This document shows positions 11,950-25,052 of a stretch of DNA of 64,000 nucleotides, piece after piece. The position numbers and the translations under genes were made by a program. The stretch lies in the NCBI RefSeq assembly GCF_009914755.1, contig NC_060947.1; one strand, 5' to 3'. The stretch comes from the human T2T-CHM13v2.0 reference genome, Homo sapiens. A model generated the notes under the pieces. The model searched no databases, was not told the origin of the DNA, and worked only from the letters and a program-made list of their open reading frames with translations. Positions within the stretch are counted from its first letter, which is position 1; each line of letters opens with the position of its first letter.

Positions 11950-12340
11950 AGTACTGTTTTTTCCAATTATAAGGTGATATTGGCTTGTTGTAAAGGTCAA
12001 CAGCATACATAAGTATACAAAATACAAAGGGAAATTTCCTCTGTAATTCTGTGCACCGACACTGTACTAGATAACTATGGTTGACAGTTTTATGCATATA
12101 TAAACACAGATCTATGGTTTTACTGGGATCATGATATAGAGACTGTTACATGACCTGCTCTTTTCACTTACAATCCTTTGGAAACGTCTGTCCTTCTCAG
12201 AAAGTACAGTTTTAGCTCCTTCTTTTAAACAATGATATAGTGTTCTTTTCTTTGGATGTTTCATAATTTATCTCATCAATCTCATATTGATGGGCATTTA
12301 GATCATTGGCAATTTTTGCCGTTACAAGCAGTATTACATG
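11950..12340 (-). mobile_element. L1ME-type 3' fragment
   Basis: tgacctgctcttttcactta...atagtgttc...cataatttat...tattgatgggcatttag. Confidence 0.7.
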
Positions 12341-12889
12341 TTGAATTGTCTTTGCTGACTCGATGAGATGTTGTGCTAGATGCTGGTTGTTGCCTTCTCT
12401 GTATTTCCCATCCTCTTGTCCTTCTCAGATATTGTTGTCAATGTCCTAAATGCCAAAGGGCTGCTTCCGCCTAAGAACTAATGAGGGGGCCAAATTACTA
12501 CTCATCATGGTTTGAGTTTGAAAATCTATACTTGCCCTACTTTCGAGTGTGTTTAAGGCTTTTTGAGCTGCCAGGGGCTTTTAGAGGATCAAGGCACCCC
12601 AAGATCAAGCCTTGAGGGACAGACAGGCTTGATAGGAGGCTGCAACCCCTGTTTGGCACATGTGAAGTGGTTAGGGGCAGAAAGGAGAAGGAGAACTGCC
12701 TTGCCATTGGGCCACAATTCCTTGTTATACACCCTCAGCCCTGACCAAGCAGGACACTTGCTGGTCCCTGAATAAGCTCCTCCTTTTTCATGTTCACACC
12801 TTTATTCCTCCACAGGGTCTTCCTCCTTTCACACGTGTACCTCCCAGAACAAGGTAGGAGCCATCTGCTCTGAATTCCCAGAATGCTTT

Positions 12890-13215
12890 AAAACCATGGG
12901 CTTGGGAGTTGAACCAATGTTTGAATATCAGAGCTTGGCAGTTGAACCTAGCTCTGTGATTTTTGGATAAGTCTTTTATCCTTTCTGGGCCTAGTTATCC
13001 TCATCTATGGAGTGATGATATGCCTATATATTTTGAAACACCTAGCCCAGTGCCTGGCTTAACAAACGTTTGCTGTTATTATTATCATAATTACCATATG
13101 TGATTATATTACCTACTCCACTGTTGTGAAAATTAAATGAGAACATATGTAAAGCACACAACACAGTGCTCAGCCTAAAATGGGTATTAAATAAATTATG
13201 GCAATTACTGATTGT
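12890..13215 (+). mobile_element. MIR fragments (two)
   Basis: ctagctctgtgatttttggataagtc and gttgtgaaaattaaatgagaacatatgtaaagcac. Confidence 0.7.
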
Positions 13216-13699
13216 ATTCATATCTTCCTTTGGATACTTATCTTACTCTCTTGTGTTACTCCTATTTGTGTTTACGTCTTGATCTCCTCCTTTAATTAAT
13301 AAGTTCCTTCAAAAGCACAGTGTTTGTCCTCTTCCCTCCTCCTATCCCTCTCCCCTAGAAAGCATAAAAAAACCAGTGTTGGGGTTAGTAGGGCTCTTTA
13401 AAATTTAGGTGCCGTCAGCGAATGCCACCATCACTTTGTCTAAGCCCCTTTCTGATTGGATTTTCTAGTTAGAAAGCACTGTCTCATTAACAGATCAACT
13501 GGGCCCCCTTTCTAGGGCAAGTCATGGCATACATATTCCAACCCCTGAGCCACTGATCAGAATTAGCAAGCTATAGAATCTTAGCTTTGGAAAGATTTTC
13601 AGAAACCAATGGCTTTGTGTATGAGTTTACCTGGGCAGAATGGATTCATGTACCACTCTCAGGCCTCTGCTATCTAGATGGAAAGGAACAACATTAGGC

Positions 13700-14470
13700 C
13701 ATTAGCCCAGTCCAGACCACTGTTGAGTCCCTCTTAGACTACCAAAACAGTCTCCTAGGCTTTTTCCTGCTTTCGCTCATGCCTCTACACAGCAGCAAGA
13801 GCAATCTTTAGAAAATAAAAAATCAGATCACATGATTTCCCTCCTCAAAACCCTCCCATGGCTCCCATTGCATGTAGTATAAATTCATATTTCCTTCCCA
13901 TGGCCTAGAAGACCCTGAATAATCTGGCTCCTGTGCATCTCTCCACATTCATCCTGTTACACTCTTCCCCTTGCCCCCTGTGCACCACCTGCGCTGATCT
14001 ACTGTTCTGAGGATACACCAAGCTCATCCCTGCTTCAGTGCTTTTAATCTTGTTTTGACCCTCTACCAACAATTGAATGCCAGCCTTGCCCCAACTTCCC
14101 CATGTTTCTTTTCGTCCTTCAGGTTTCCATTTCAATTATACTTTCTCAGAAGAACATGAAAAGCCTTCCCTGTGCACCCTGTCTCAAGTAGGTTCTTGTC
14201 CCCACGTTATTCTCAAACTCATTGGTTCTCAGGCTTGCTTCAAATTGAGAATCACTCAGAGAGCATTAAAAAACAAAACAATGGCCAGGCCTCTTCTAGA
14301 TGAAGTAAATCAGAATTTCTGAGAATGGAACTCAGCTATCTGTATTTCTAAATGCTCCTCAAGTGGTTTTAATGTGTAGCCAAGGTGGACAGCCTTTGTT
14401 TTATCTGTCAACTTGTTTATTTCATTCTTGGTGCTTATCACAAACTATAATTATTTTGCTTATTTTAGCA
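13700..14470 (+). mobile_element. L2 3' portion interrupted by MER5
   Basis: aatcagatcacatgatttccctcctcaaaaccctcccatggctccc...ataatctggctcctg. Confidence 0.8.
14220..14398. mobile_element. MER5-type MITE
   Basis: cattggttctcaggcttg...gaatcac...aatcagaatttctg...ctgtatttcta..gctcctcaagtg. Confidence 0.7.
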
Positions 14471-14644
14471 ACTTATTTAGTATATATTTATTATGCCCCT
14501 ACATGTGCCAGGCACTACTCAAAACATGGAAATTAAACTAGTGGACATACTAAACACAAATCCCAACCATTATCAAACTTCAATTCTAGTGGAGGAGGCA
14601 GACAATAAACAAGATCAATAAAATATATAGTGAAATTTTTATAG

Positions 14645-15078
14645 TGTTCTAGACTAAATGGTTGTGTCTTCCCCACCAAATTATTGTGTTGACATCTTAA
14701 CACCCAATATGATAGTATCTGAAGATGTGGCTTTTGGGATGCAGTTAGGGTTAGATGAGGTCATGAGGGTGGGGCTTTGATCTAATGGGATTAGTGCCTT
14801 GATAAGAAGAGACACCAAAGAGCCTGCTCTCTCTCTCTCTCTCTATCTCTCTCTTTCCCCCACCACCCCACCACCCAACATGCACAAAGAAGTCATATAA
14901 GCATACAATGAGATGGTGGCTGTCTACAAGCCAAGAAAAGAGGCCTCAGAATGAAACTTACCTTTCTGGCACCTTGATCTTGGACTTCCAGCCTCCAGAA
15001 CTGTCAGGGATAAATGTCTGTTGTTCAAGCCACCCAGTCTGTAGTATTTTGTTATGGCAGTCCAAGCACATTAAGACA
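14645..15078 (+). mobile_element. MLT1A-family (MLT1A1-like) MaLR solo LTR
   Basis: TG...CA termini (tgttctagactaaatg...taagaca); ggcaccttgatcttggacttccagcctccagaactg; perfect 5-bp TSD tatag. Confidence 0.92.
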
Positions 15079-15895
15079 TATAGTATGTTAGAGAATGATG
15101 AGTGCTAGGGAGAAAAGTAAACTAGATAATGGAGATATAAATTTTTTGGAGGAGAGAAACACTTTAGACAGAGTGACCTCGATAGATAAATCTTGAGTAA
15201 AGACCTGAAAGAAGTGACAGATATAGATCTGCAGCTATTTGGATGACGAACTTTTAAGGCAAAGAAGAGTCTGTGCAAAGGTCCTAAGACTGTATCATAC
15301 CTAGTATGTTTGAAGAACAGCAAGGGGGCCGGTATGGCTGGAGGTTTGAAGACAAGGGGAAGAGTGGTAGGTGATAAATTCAGGAATTTAATGGGGTTGG
15401 GGGGGCAGGTGTTTGGAACTTTGAAGGTTATTGTAAGAGCTTTGGCTTTTACTGAGTAAGAAGGGGTATCATAGAGCAGAGGGTAATATCATCTGACTTA
15501 GATTTTAGTAGGCTTACTATATATGGTATGTTGAGAATACACTGAAGAGGGAAAAGAGTGGAAGCAGAAGAACCAGTTGGAGACTACTGTAATAATCCAT
15601 GTGAGACATGATGGGGGCTCGAAGAAGGATGATAGAAATGGCAATGATATGAGAACCAATAAGAAATGGACACAAACTGTATGTGTTTTGAGAGATAGAG
15701 TATTTAGGATTTGCTGACAGACCTATAAATAGGACATGAGATAAAGTACCCAGTCAAGGATGATGCCATGGTTTTTAGCCTAGGCATCTATAATAATGGA
15801 GTTGCTATTTACCTGAGATGGGAAGAACTGTGGGAGAAGTAGGTTTTAGGGGAAATATCAAGGAATTAGTTTTCAACTTGTTAAGTTTGATGTGC

Positions 15896-16256
15896 AGCTG
15901 TGGTCTGAAAATTTGTGTTCTCCCCAAAATTTCTATGTTGAAATGCTAACCCCCAAAGTGATAGTATTAGGAGGTGAGAGCTTTGGGAGGTGATTAGGTC
16001 ATCACGGAGGAGCCTCTACGAATGGAAGGGATTAGTACCCTTATAAAAGAGACCTGAGAGTGACCATTCACTCCTTCCACTACGTGAGGACACAGCAAGA
16101 AGATGCCGTCTATGAGAAAGCGGGCCCTCACCAGACACCACCAGCACCTTGATCTTGGACGTTCTAGCCTCTGAAACTGTAAGAAATACATTTCTATTGT
16201 GCATGTGCTATCCAGTTTATGGTATTTCATTATAGTATCCCAAATGGACCAAGACA
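15896..16256 (+). mobile_element. MLT1A0-like MaLR solo LTR
   Basis: gggattagtacccttataaaagag...gtgaggacacagcaagaag...accttgatcttggac...caagaca; degenerate TSD tgtgc/gatgc. Confidence 0.9.
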
Positions 16257-16869
16257 GATGCCCATTAGACATCCAAGCTGGAGATGTCAAATAGAGAATT
16301 GAATATACAAACCTTGAATTCATAGGAGAGGTCTGGACTCGGGTCAGAACTTTGGGAGTCATAAGACTGAATGATCACTTAGAGAATAAGTTCAGGTAGA
16401 AAAGAGAAGTCCAAGGACTGATCCCTAAACCACTCCAATGTCTAAAGGTTGGGTTGAAGTGCAACAAGCAAAGGAGACTGGAAAGAAGCAGCCAGAGAAG
16501 AAAGAAGAAAACCAATAGAATGTGGTTCCTGGAAGCCAAGAGAAGGTGATTCAAGGAAGAGAGAGTGGTCACTTATGTCAAGCACTGCAGATAGCTCAAG
16601 TAAGATGAGAACTGAGAATTGGCTGTTGAATTTTGTAACATAAAGGTCACTGGTGATCTTGATCAGAGCAGTGATAAAAGTGAGTTCAAGAGAGAAGGGA
16701 AGGAGACAATTTGGAGATTATAAGTATAAACAAATGCTTCAAGGTTTTAGTAAAATGAGGAGGACAGCAATGGGGCAGTAGCAGTATCTAGAAGAGGAAT
16801 TAGGGTCAAAAGAGGGTTTATTAACTTTTTTAGGTAGGAGAAAAAATATTCAAATGAAAAGATCCACCT

Positions 16870-17010
16870 CCTGCATTAGAATGTAAGCTTATTGAGGGCA
16901 AGGACTTTGTCTTGTGCATATTCAGCACCTTCTATGGTCCCTAGCACATAGCAGGCACTCAATAAATTTTGTTGAATGGTGAATGATCAAATGAATGAAG
17001 AAATGAATAA
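16870..17010 (+). mobile_element. L2 3' end
   Basis: tagaatgtaagcttattgagggcaaggac...gcacatagcaggcactcaataaat...tgaatg. Confidence 0.8.
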
Positions 17011-17803
17011 ATAAACAAAAGTAGATGTCAATGAGTTGAGCAAGAAATACTAGCAGGATAGAGTGGCAGGTGAATTGAGTAGCACCTTGGCTTTAGTTCT
17101 AGTCATTCCTGCCACACTCCTGGCATACCAAACTTATCCCAGGCCCAGACGGCTTGTGAATGAGTTGGCATGGCACAACTCCCTTTGCTAAGAGGGCATG
17201 TTATATCTCTGTAGTCACTTGTTCCAGGGAGCAGACAGGCTGTTGGACTGTAAGAATCAGGTGCAGCCAGGTGAGACTGTAGAGTCCAGGAGTGTGCCAA
17301 AAGAGATGCCCCTTTGCATCATCACCATTCTCTGGTCCTGATCTGTCTGTGATGCAGGACATGGGTGAGACACATGCTGCACTGGCATCCCAGCCTGCTC
17401 CTACTTGCTGGAGGGTAGTTAATAACCTCATGTAACACAGGCCAAGGAGCAGCTAAACCAAAGTTTAAGAAGAAGAAACGCATGCCCATGCAGTGACCAG
17501 AAGCTTTGGCACCCGGCTCATCTCAGTTGCTGCATTGCACAATCCCCACAATTTAAGGTGATGGGTTGGCCCAGTGGGGCTCTTGCATGGTGCCTATGAC
17601 TCAGTTTTTGCTAGAAAGATGGCATGGCCCCACTCCAGGCTGGCACATAGGAGGTGCTCGGCAAGTTTTGAATAAATAAACCCCTTGGGACTGAGGAAAG
17701 AATGCTTCTTTCGCTTTGCGGAGTTCTTCAGTGCTCAGCCAGAGCCAGATTGTGAATCTAGGCAGTCTGGCTTCAGGGCCTGTAGACTCAGCCACTTAAT
17801 TTA

Positions 17804-18208
<405 letters not shown>

Positions 18209-18429
18209 TTATCCAAATATTATATCCATATTCCCTCTCACTGGGGCACATACTACTTGGGTTCCTTTGCCTATTATTGTTTTGCTTTTTGGTAGAGAAC
18301 TCCTACCATACCCAACCATATTACCTTCCCCTTCTTCAAAAGAGATTCCCAGGAATCCTAATATCCCACAGAACATAATCTTTCCATTTCCAGAAAGGAA
18401 TATGGATGCCTGTTGGTTTTGTCCCTTTG

Positions 18430-19340
18430 TGTCTTCACAAGTACTGAGTGCCTACCATGTGTCAGGTCCTGTTTTAGTCAACTGGGGATATAGCAGTGAC
18501 CAAAACAATTTTAAAAAATCCCACCCTCCACAACATCACTTCCATAGCATTCTTGCCAAAAAATGCACTACCTTAATCTAACTGTAAGAAAAAAGCAGAC
18601 AACACCTGATTGAGGGAAACTCTACAAAATAGTTGGCCTGGACTTGTCAAATTGTCATGAGAGACAAAGGTTGAGGAAGCATCACAGATTAGAGGAGGCT
18701 AATGAGGCATGGCAACTAAATACAATATGAGATCCTGGATTGGATCCTAGAACAGGAATAGGACATTAGTAGAGAAACTGGGAAAATGTGAATAAGGTCT
18801 GTAGATGAGTTAATCTTATTGTATCAATGTTAATTTCCTGGTTTCAATAATCTTAGTATTATTATGTTAAGGTGTTAAGATTACAGGAAGCTGGGTGAAG
18901 GGTATATATGGTAACTCTCTGTGCTATGTTTGCAATTTTCCTGTAAAGTCTAAAATTATTTCAAAATAAAAAATTAAAACTAGCCCTGCCCTCCTGGGGC
19001 TTAAGTGCTGGAATTGACAGCCAGAGAGAGAAGAAGGGAGGGAGAGAGAGAAACAATAAGTAAAACAATCAGGATATTATTTAGTATATTAGCAGGCAAT
19101 GGATGTTATGGAGACAAAGTAGGAAAGGGAAATGAGGAGTAGAGGGGCTGTATTCAAGTAGGATGGTCGTGGAAGGCCTCACTGAGATGACATTTGAACA
19201 AAGCCTTTAAAGAAGAGGGTGCAAGAGCCACAAGGTAGAGCACACCAGTACGAGGGAAATGCAAAGGTGCTGAGGGCATGGAATGCCTGCCCAGTTTAAA
19301 GAACCACAGGAAGCCTAGTGTGGCTAAAGCCCAATGAGCA
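18430..19340 (-). mobile_element. L2 remnant split by an L1M 3' end
   Basis: tactgagtgcctaccatgtgtcagg at about 18440; resumes at 18980 (gccctgccctcctggggctta...ggaaggcctcactgag). Confidence 0.7.
18525..18980 (+). mobile_element. L1MC/MD/ME-class 3' end
   Basis: gatcctggattggatcctagaacagg...gtatcaatgttaatttcctg...ggaagctgggtgaagggtat...tctaaaattatttcaaaataaaa. Confidence 0.85.
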
Positions 19341-20329
19341 AAATCAGTTTGCCGCATTCTGTGGTTTTAAAGGTATCGGAAAGAGACTGACCACAGAGGA
19401 AAGATTAGGGAAGTCAAACAAAGGACATCAAATGGAAGGCCTGCTGTTGTCCTCTGTTTCCAACCAAGTCACAGATGACAGAAACATGAAGGGAAGGAAA
19501 GAGCAGGGAAGTAAAATCGCTGAAGTCTAGAATCACTGTCCAATTTCTGGTGAGTAAATAGATCCTTATTAAGCACCATAACAAGTTTCTGAGTCTCCTG
19601 TGTTTTATTCCTCTCCAAGCACTGAACTATAATTAATGCTGAGTGTGGCACTGGTATCACACAGCCTGTGACATCTTCCTGATTTTGTGCTGTGTAAAAT
19701 CATGAGAAGTGTAATTGGTAGCACAAACGGGTGGGCTGATTTTTCTTGGACTAATGAGTGGAAATGATGAAAAATCCAGAACATTTTTTTGATTTGGCTT
19801 ATGTTTATTATCAAAAATTCTCGACTTATTCAGGTAGCATCACTTGGATGTTTGAGGCCTGGTAATGCATGCACTAAACAGTATGCAGTCAATGATGTTG
19901 CTTGGCAAGCAGCCCCCTGGCCTGATGTATACTTACAAAAGACAGGCCAGGTACCAGCGGGGTTTCCTAAGGGTTCCTCAGCTGGTAGCTTTGACTGAGG
20001 ATGCTTCCTCTTCACCAACTATGCAGAAGCAGATATCCACATGGGAGGAGCCAGCCTAATTCATGGGAGGCTTGGTGACAGCAATGTTGTTTTAGGAACA
20101 TCTTTGACCAGTCCACACAAGAGTGCTTAAAAAAAAAAAAAGATTGTATGAGAGGATTTAGTGCTTAGTATTCTGAAAAGTGTAAAATACTGCATAAGGT
20201 ATTACTATAATAATAATTATTATTATGTACTATGATGAGGTTTAAAGAAATTAAAAGGTCTATAGCTATAATGTTTTCTAGTTCCTTACTTGTTTAGTGT
20301 TATGAAGGATGCCATTACCCTCTTTTTAG

Positions 20330-20585
20330 AAAGGACAGCTACCATTTTGAGCACTTACTATGTGCCAGGCACTATAATAAATGCCTTGCATGTATTGTTT
20401 CATTTAGCCCTCACAATAACACCATGAAGTAGGTACTGTTGATATCCCCATTTTAAAATTGAGGTAAGTGAGGCTAAGAGATGTTAAATAACTTACCCAA
20501 GGTTGCACAGTAAGTGGTTAGAACCAAAATTATATGCAGGAGATTGGCTCTAGAATTCTGTGTCCTTACGTCTGTGCTACAGTAC
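20330..20585 (-). mobile_element. MIR SINE
   Basis: gagcacttactatgtgccaggcact...catttagccctcacaataacc...gaggtaagtgaggct...taacttacccaagg. Confidence 0.9.
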
Positions 20586-20864
20586 CATTTAAAATAAGGG
20601 ATGCAGGACACACATGCTCTGAAAAGGCAGATTTAGGTCTCCAAGAGGGAAGGCATCAGCTCTGCTTTTGGGGCTCCATACACAAGGATAACTGTTAAGA
20701 AGGCCCGAAGCATGTGGGGCAGCTGGAGCTCAGACTGATGTACTTGGATGTCTGAAGAGGTGCTAAGGGGCTATCTGGCATCCCAACTTGAAAGACTGAG
20801 CTAGGATGAAGAGCAATGGACAAACTCTGAATTCTAGAACTACCCAGAATAGCCGTCACCCACT

Positions 20865-21000
20865 TCACCCCATCCTTATGTCTGTGAGGAAACTAGAGAG
20901 GCAGAGCACTGCTGACACTTGCCCAAGGTCACACGGTTCTCTAGAGCCAGCAGCTGCAGTAGAACTCTGGTCTTCAGGCTCCCAGTTCAGTGCTCATCCT
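20865..21000 (-). mobile_element. MIR fragment
   Basis: tgaggaaactagagagg...acttgcccaaggtcacac. Confidence 0.7.
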
Positions 21001-21087
21001 CCAGCCCCACCCCCATTAGCCCCTCGCATTCAGTGGGCAGCAGTCAGAAAGAAGGCATCTCCTTTTGAGTGAAGCTACTGTCTGGAG

Positions 21088-21260
21088 CAGTGGTTCTCAG
21101 TGTAGCCCAGGGACCTGCAACATCAACATCACCTGGGAACCTGTTAGAAATGCCAATTCTTGGGTCTTTCCCTGGACCAACTGGGGCTGGGGCCCTACAA
21201 TGTGTGCTGTAACAAGCCCTCTTGATGATTCTAATGTATGCTGAAGTTTGAAACCCACTG
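21088..21260. mobile_element. MER5A MITE
   Basis: TIRs cagtggttctca / tttgaaacccactg; 8-bp TSD gtctggag/gtctagac. Confidence 0.92.
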
Positions 21261-21779
21261 GTCTAGACTGACAAGCAAAGCACTGAGTGCTGCAGATATC
21301 AATATGCATGTGGAGCATCAACTTGCACAGCACAAAGGATAGTCTTCATAGGGAAGGAATGTGGAAAGGACTGCAGCCCTCGAGCCACACCTGCAGCACA
21401 GTGTCACCTTCAAACACACATGATAGTCACAGATAGATACACAGAGACTGGGAGGGAGGGTGTAGCCAGTTTTTGTTGATCTTCAGCTGCATCAAAGATA
21501 ATGTAGTTTTGCCAGCTCAGCAGTTCGCTAGAGACATGCCAGCTACTCGGCTTGGTGCTGTGGAAGGTGAAGTCCCTGCACCTCGGGGAAACTGTCACCC
21601 AGGATTATAGAACTTCCAAATTGGGAGGGAGCTTAGAGATTATCTACTCCATTATCCACCTCTACCACTCCTTGGTAATGGCATCCCTGACTGGCACTTT
21701 CTCAGCTTCAGCATTACAGGGCCATAGTGAGAGTGAGCTCAGTTTCTTTTAGGACAGCTTGGAGGTGGGAGGGAGAAGG

Positions 21780-22580
21780 GAACTTACACACAGGTAACTA
21801 CCATTACAAAAAGTAGTATAAGTGTTAGAGCCAATGCTGTAAGAACACAGAGCCAGGAGGAATACATTTTAGCTGTGGGAGATCAGGGATGACTTCATGG
21901 AGGAGATGTCCTTTGAGCTGGGCAAGATTTCAGCAAGCAGACACAGTGGAGTAGGAGGGGTTATTTCCAAAGAAGACAATATCATGAAAAACACTTGAAG
22001 GAATGAAAATCCAGAACAAATTTCACAAAACTATTTAGGCAGGCTAGGTTGAGAGGACACATTCTGCAACGAGACTGCTTAGCTTAAAATACTGACTCTG
22101 CAACTTACTGGCCACTTGACTTTGGGCAAATTATTGAACATCTCTTGGCCTCTGTTTTCCTACCTGTAAAATGAAAATAATACAACATACCTGTGCTATA
22201 TCATATTGGGTTGGGAGAAAGAGTAAATGAGATAATGCTATGAACTAGCTAACACAGTGTCTGGCATATAGCAAGTGCTCCAGGACAGTTTGGCAAGCTT
22301 TCTTCATATATAACAGGAAATTTGTTTGGAGCACTGGCAATAGAACTGAGAGTAGTGGAGGTAATCTTTGATACTAGGTTGTGGAGAGAGCTTAGAGTGC
22401 CAAACTAAGAATTTGGGGCTTTTATTCTGAAGGCAGGGGATATGCGTAGTAGGAGGATGAATGGGAACAGCGGCAAGGGATAGAGAGAGTTAAGAAGCCA
22501 CTCGATCTTACTTAAGGCAGTGACAAGTTACCTGAAAGGAACAGGACGAGAATCAGGTTCAGAGGAGAGATATTTGTGTG
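21780..22580 (-). mobile_element. L2 remnant split by MIR
   Basis: gatcagggatgacttcatggaggagatgtcctttgagctggg; gagtgccaaactaagaatttggggcttttattctg. Confidence 0.6.
22080..22290 (+). mobile_element. MIR SINE
   Basis: tgactttgggcaaattattgaacatctcttggcctctgttttcctacctgtaaaatg...taaatgagataatg. Confidence 0.85.
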
Positions 22581-24241
22581 AGTGTATGTCTGAACTATAC
22601 TGTCACATATAAACCTGACTTTGGGTTAACAGCCTGAAATGTACACATGTGTCTATTAAATAATTGGAGAATAAAAATTAATGGTTGGAGAGAATATTCG
22701 TCATTTGTTCTATTGTGAAAGACAATCCTTTGTTAGCTCGAGTGAAGCTATGTGAAATATTATATCCTATGAAAACACTTCCTAAAGTTGGCCTTTTTGT
22801 AAGAAAATTTGGGATATGTGCAATTCACACATACTTGATCAATTTAAGCACATTCTGTTTTACTGGCAGGCACCAAAATCTGTAATAAGACAAGGAGTCC
22901 TCCAGTGAAAGAGATGATTAGAGATTGCAATAGCAGTGCACACTGAGCTCCAATTAAGGAATTTCCTAATGGTTGTCTAGGAATACAAGTGCCCTCCATT
23001 TGGGCTTTGGTGATAACTAGAGTATTCTTTAGTTGTTAATCAGAGTGAACACAATTCAAAATGTTCTCGACTCGTGGGTCAGAGGGAATGATCTCATTTG
23101 GCACATTATTGAGTTTCTGAGAAGAGGAAAGATACTAACAGCTCACAAATATTTTGTTATTGACTAACTGCAAAGATGCATCTGTTAAAGCAATCCATCT
23201 GAGTTGGCTAGTTCTCTCGAATATTAAAGAATATCAATATATACTAAAAGCAAGTCAATTTGTCAAGCATTTACAAAGCAACTTTGAAGCCAAATGATAC
23301 CTTTTCTGCCTTCCCTTCTCTTCTAGAAGATACTCACAAACACATACAAATCTGGACTAAATTCCCTCTAACAGACCCTTTGTAAAGAAAGCTCACTTTC
23401 TTTGGCTGCAGTGACACAGATGTTTGGGTGGGAGGGGGTGCGGAGGGTGGCGGAAGCATGCTGGTTCAATGCTTGAGAAACAGTGCTGCACCCAACAGAC
23501 TGAATGTCATGAATTCTTTGTCAGCTCCCCCTCAGACCCTCCAGGCTTTCCCTTTGTCTGCTAAGGGATGGAAACAGAACAGATACATTGAAGCCGGTAG
23601 ACTGACCAGCTAGATTGACCCAAATTCATTCAGGAAATGCAAAAGCCTGCTGGCTCCTGGGATTAGCTGGCTGGTGTTTGAATCGCTACCCATCTGTACA
23701 TTTCCTTCTAGTCCAGTGCAGCCCCATCTTGCTACATCTGCTCATCTCAGCAGCTTGCTTTCCAAGACAAGATAATTTGAGAAGAGTCTAGTTGTGAGAA
23801 AGCAATGTCCAATGCTAGGGAAACTTTGTGGCAAGCCCGAAGAGAAATTTGGCCCTTATGGTAAGTGATTTGCTATATCCCCGGTGTTCTTTTCCCACCA
23901 TCTGCCCTTGCTCTTCTCTAATTCTAGGTAATGCAGCCAACTTGTCAGGCTTAGCTTTGTCGAGAGGATATACCATTTTCAAGGCTTCATTTTTTCATAA
24001 GGACTGTGCTAAGCAGCTGTAAGAAAAAATAGGATGAAAAAATGAATGTTTTGTTTACATTAGTGAGGTGGCATCAAAAAGCAATGAGGAAAGGCCCAGT
24101 ACATCTCATAGACAGTTAATTATGTCAGAACTCAGACTAAAGGAGACATGGGGGTCTAGACAAATTATACCCAGGGTTTACCCTGCTGACAAGAGTTCCT
24201 ATCCCAGCAATAGACAGGGGTCACAGAAAAAGCCTATAGCA

Positions 24242-24827
24242 CAGTATTTCTCAGCCCTGCACATTAGAATCTCTTGGAAAACTTTAAAAAATATATATGC
24301 AGAGTCCCCTCCCTCAGAGATTATGTCTTAATTGCTATGGAGTTAGGGCCACAGCATTGGTACTTTTTAAAAGCTCCCCAGATGGAAAACAAAATTGCCA
24401 CAAAGGACATCATTGAGACAATTAGCCACATTTGAATATGGACTATATATTAGGTAATATAATTGTGTCAGTGTTAAAATTACTGAACTTGGTAACCATG
24501 GTGCTGTGATTACGTAAGAGGATGTCCTCCTTCTTAGGAAATATGCACTAAAGTATCTAGCGGTGAAAGGCATGATGTCTGCAACAAACTCAAATGGATT
24601 AGGGAGAAAAACACCTAGAAATGTAAAGGAGGAATAAAGCAAATATGGCAAAATGCTAACAATTTGGCTCATCTGGGTGAGGGGTATACAGGGTTTTTTT
24701 GGTACTATTCTTAGAACTCTTCTGTTGGTTTAAAATTATTTTGAAATACAAAATTCTTTTTAAAAAATAAAAAATAAAACAGATCCCCTGATGAAATAAA
24801 GCCCAACCAAATTTGGAAACCATTGGG
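24242..24827. mobile_element. MER5-type MITE split by an L1M 3' end
   Basis: Left part 24242-24384 (cagtatttctca...cacattagaatc), right part 24780-24827 (tttggaaaccattg). Confidence 0.65.
24385..24778 (+). mobile_element. L1MC-class 3' end
   Basis: ttcttaggaaatatgcactaaagtat...catgatgtctgcaac...gcaaaatgctaacaatt...aaattattttgaaata; degenerate TSD aaaagctccccagatg / aacagatcccctgatg. Confidence 0.8.
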
Positions 24828-24903
24828 TTCAGTCAAATAGAGGGAATGGGGACCTGCTATAGATAGGTGAGACTGAAAGCCTTTCTGAGACATTATCCTA
24901 CAT

Positions 24904-25009
24904 CAGTGTTTCTTCCACTTTAATGCTCATACACATCTCCTGGAGATCTGGTTAAAATTCAGTTTCTGATTCGGAAAGTCTGTAGTGGGACCTGAGAATC
25001 TGCATTTCC

Positions 25010-25052
<43 letters not shown>

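Larger units (their letters stand above)
14465..16850 (-). mobile_element. Long L2a remnant split by two MLT1A LTRs
   Basis: Collinear L2 minus-strand segments at 14465-14644, 15079-15895 and 16257-16850. Confidence 0.8.

Noticed and set aside
14645-16256. Two-LTR MaLR provirus
   Set aside because: The LTRs differ in subtype, have separate TSDs, and the interior is L2.
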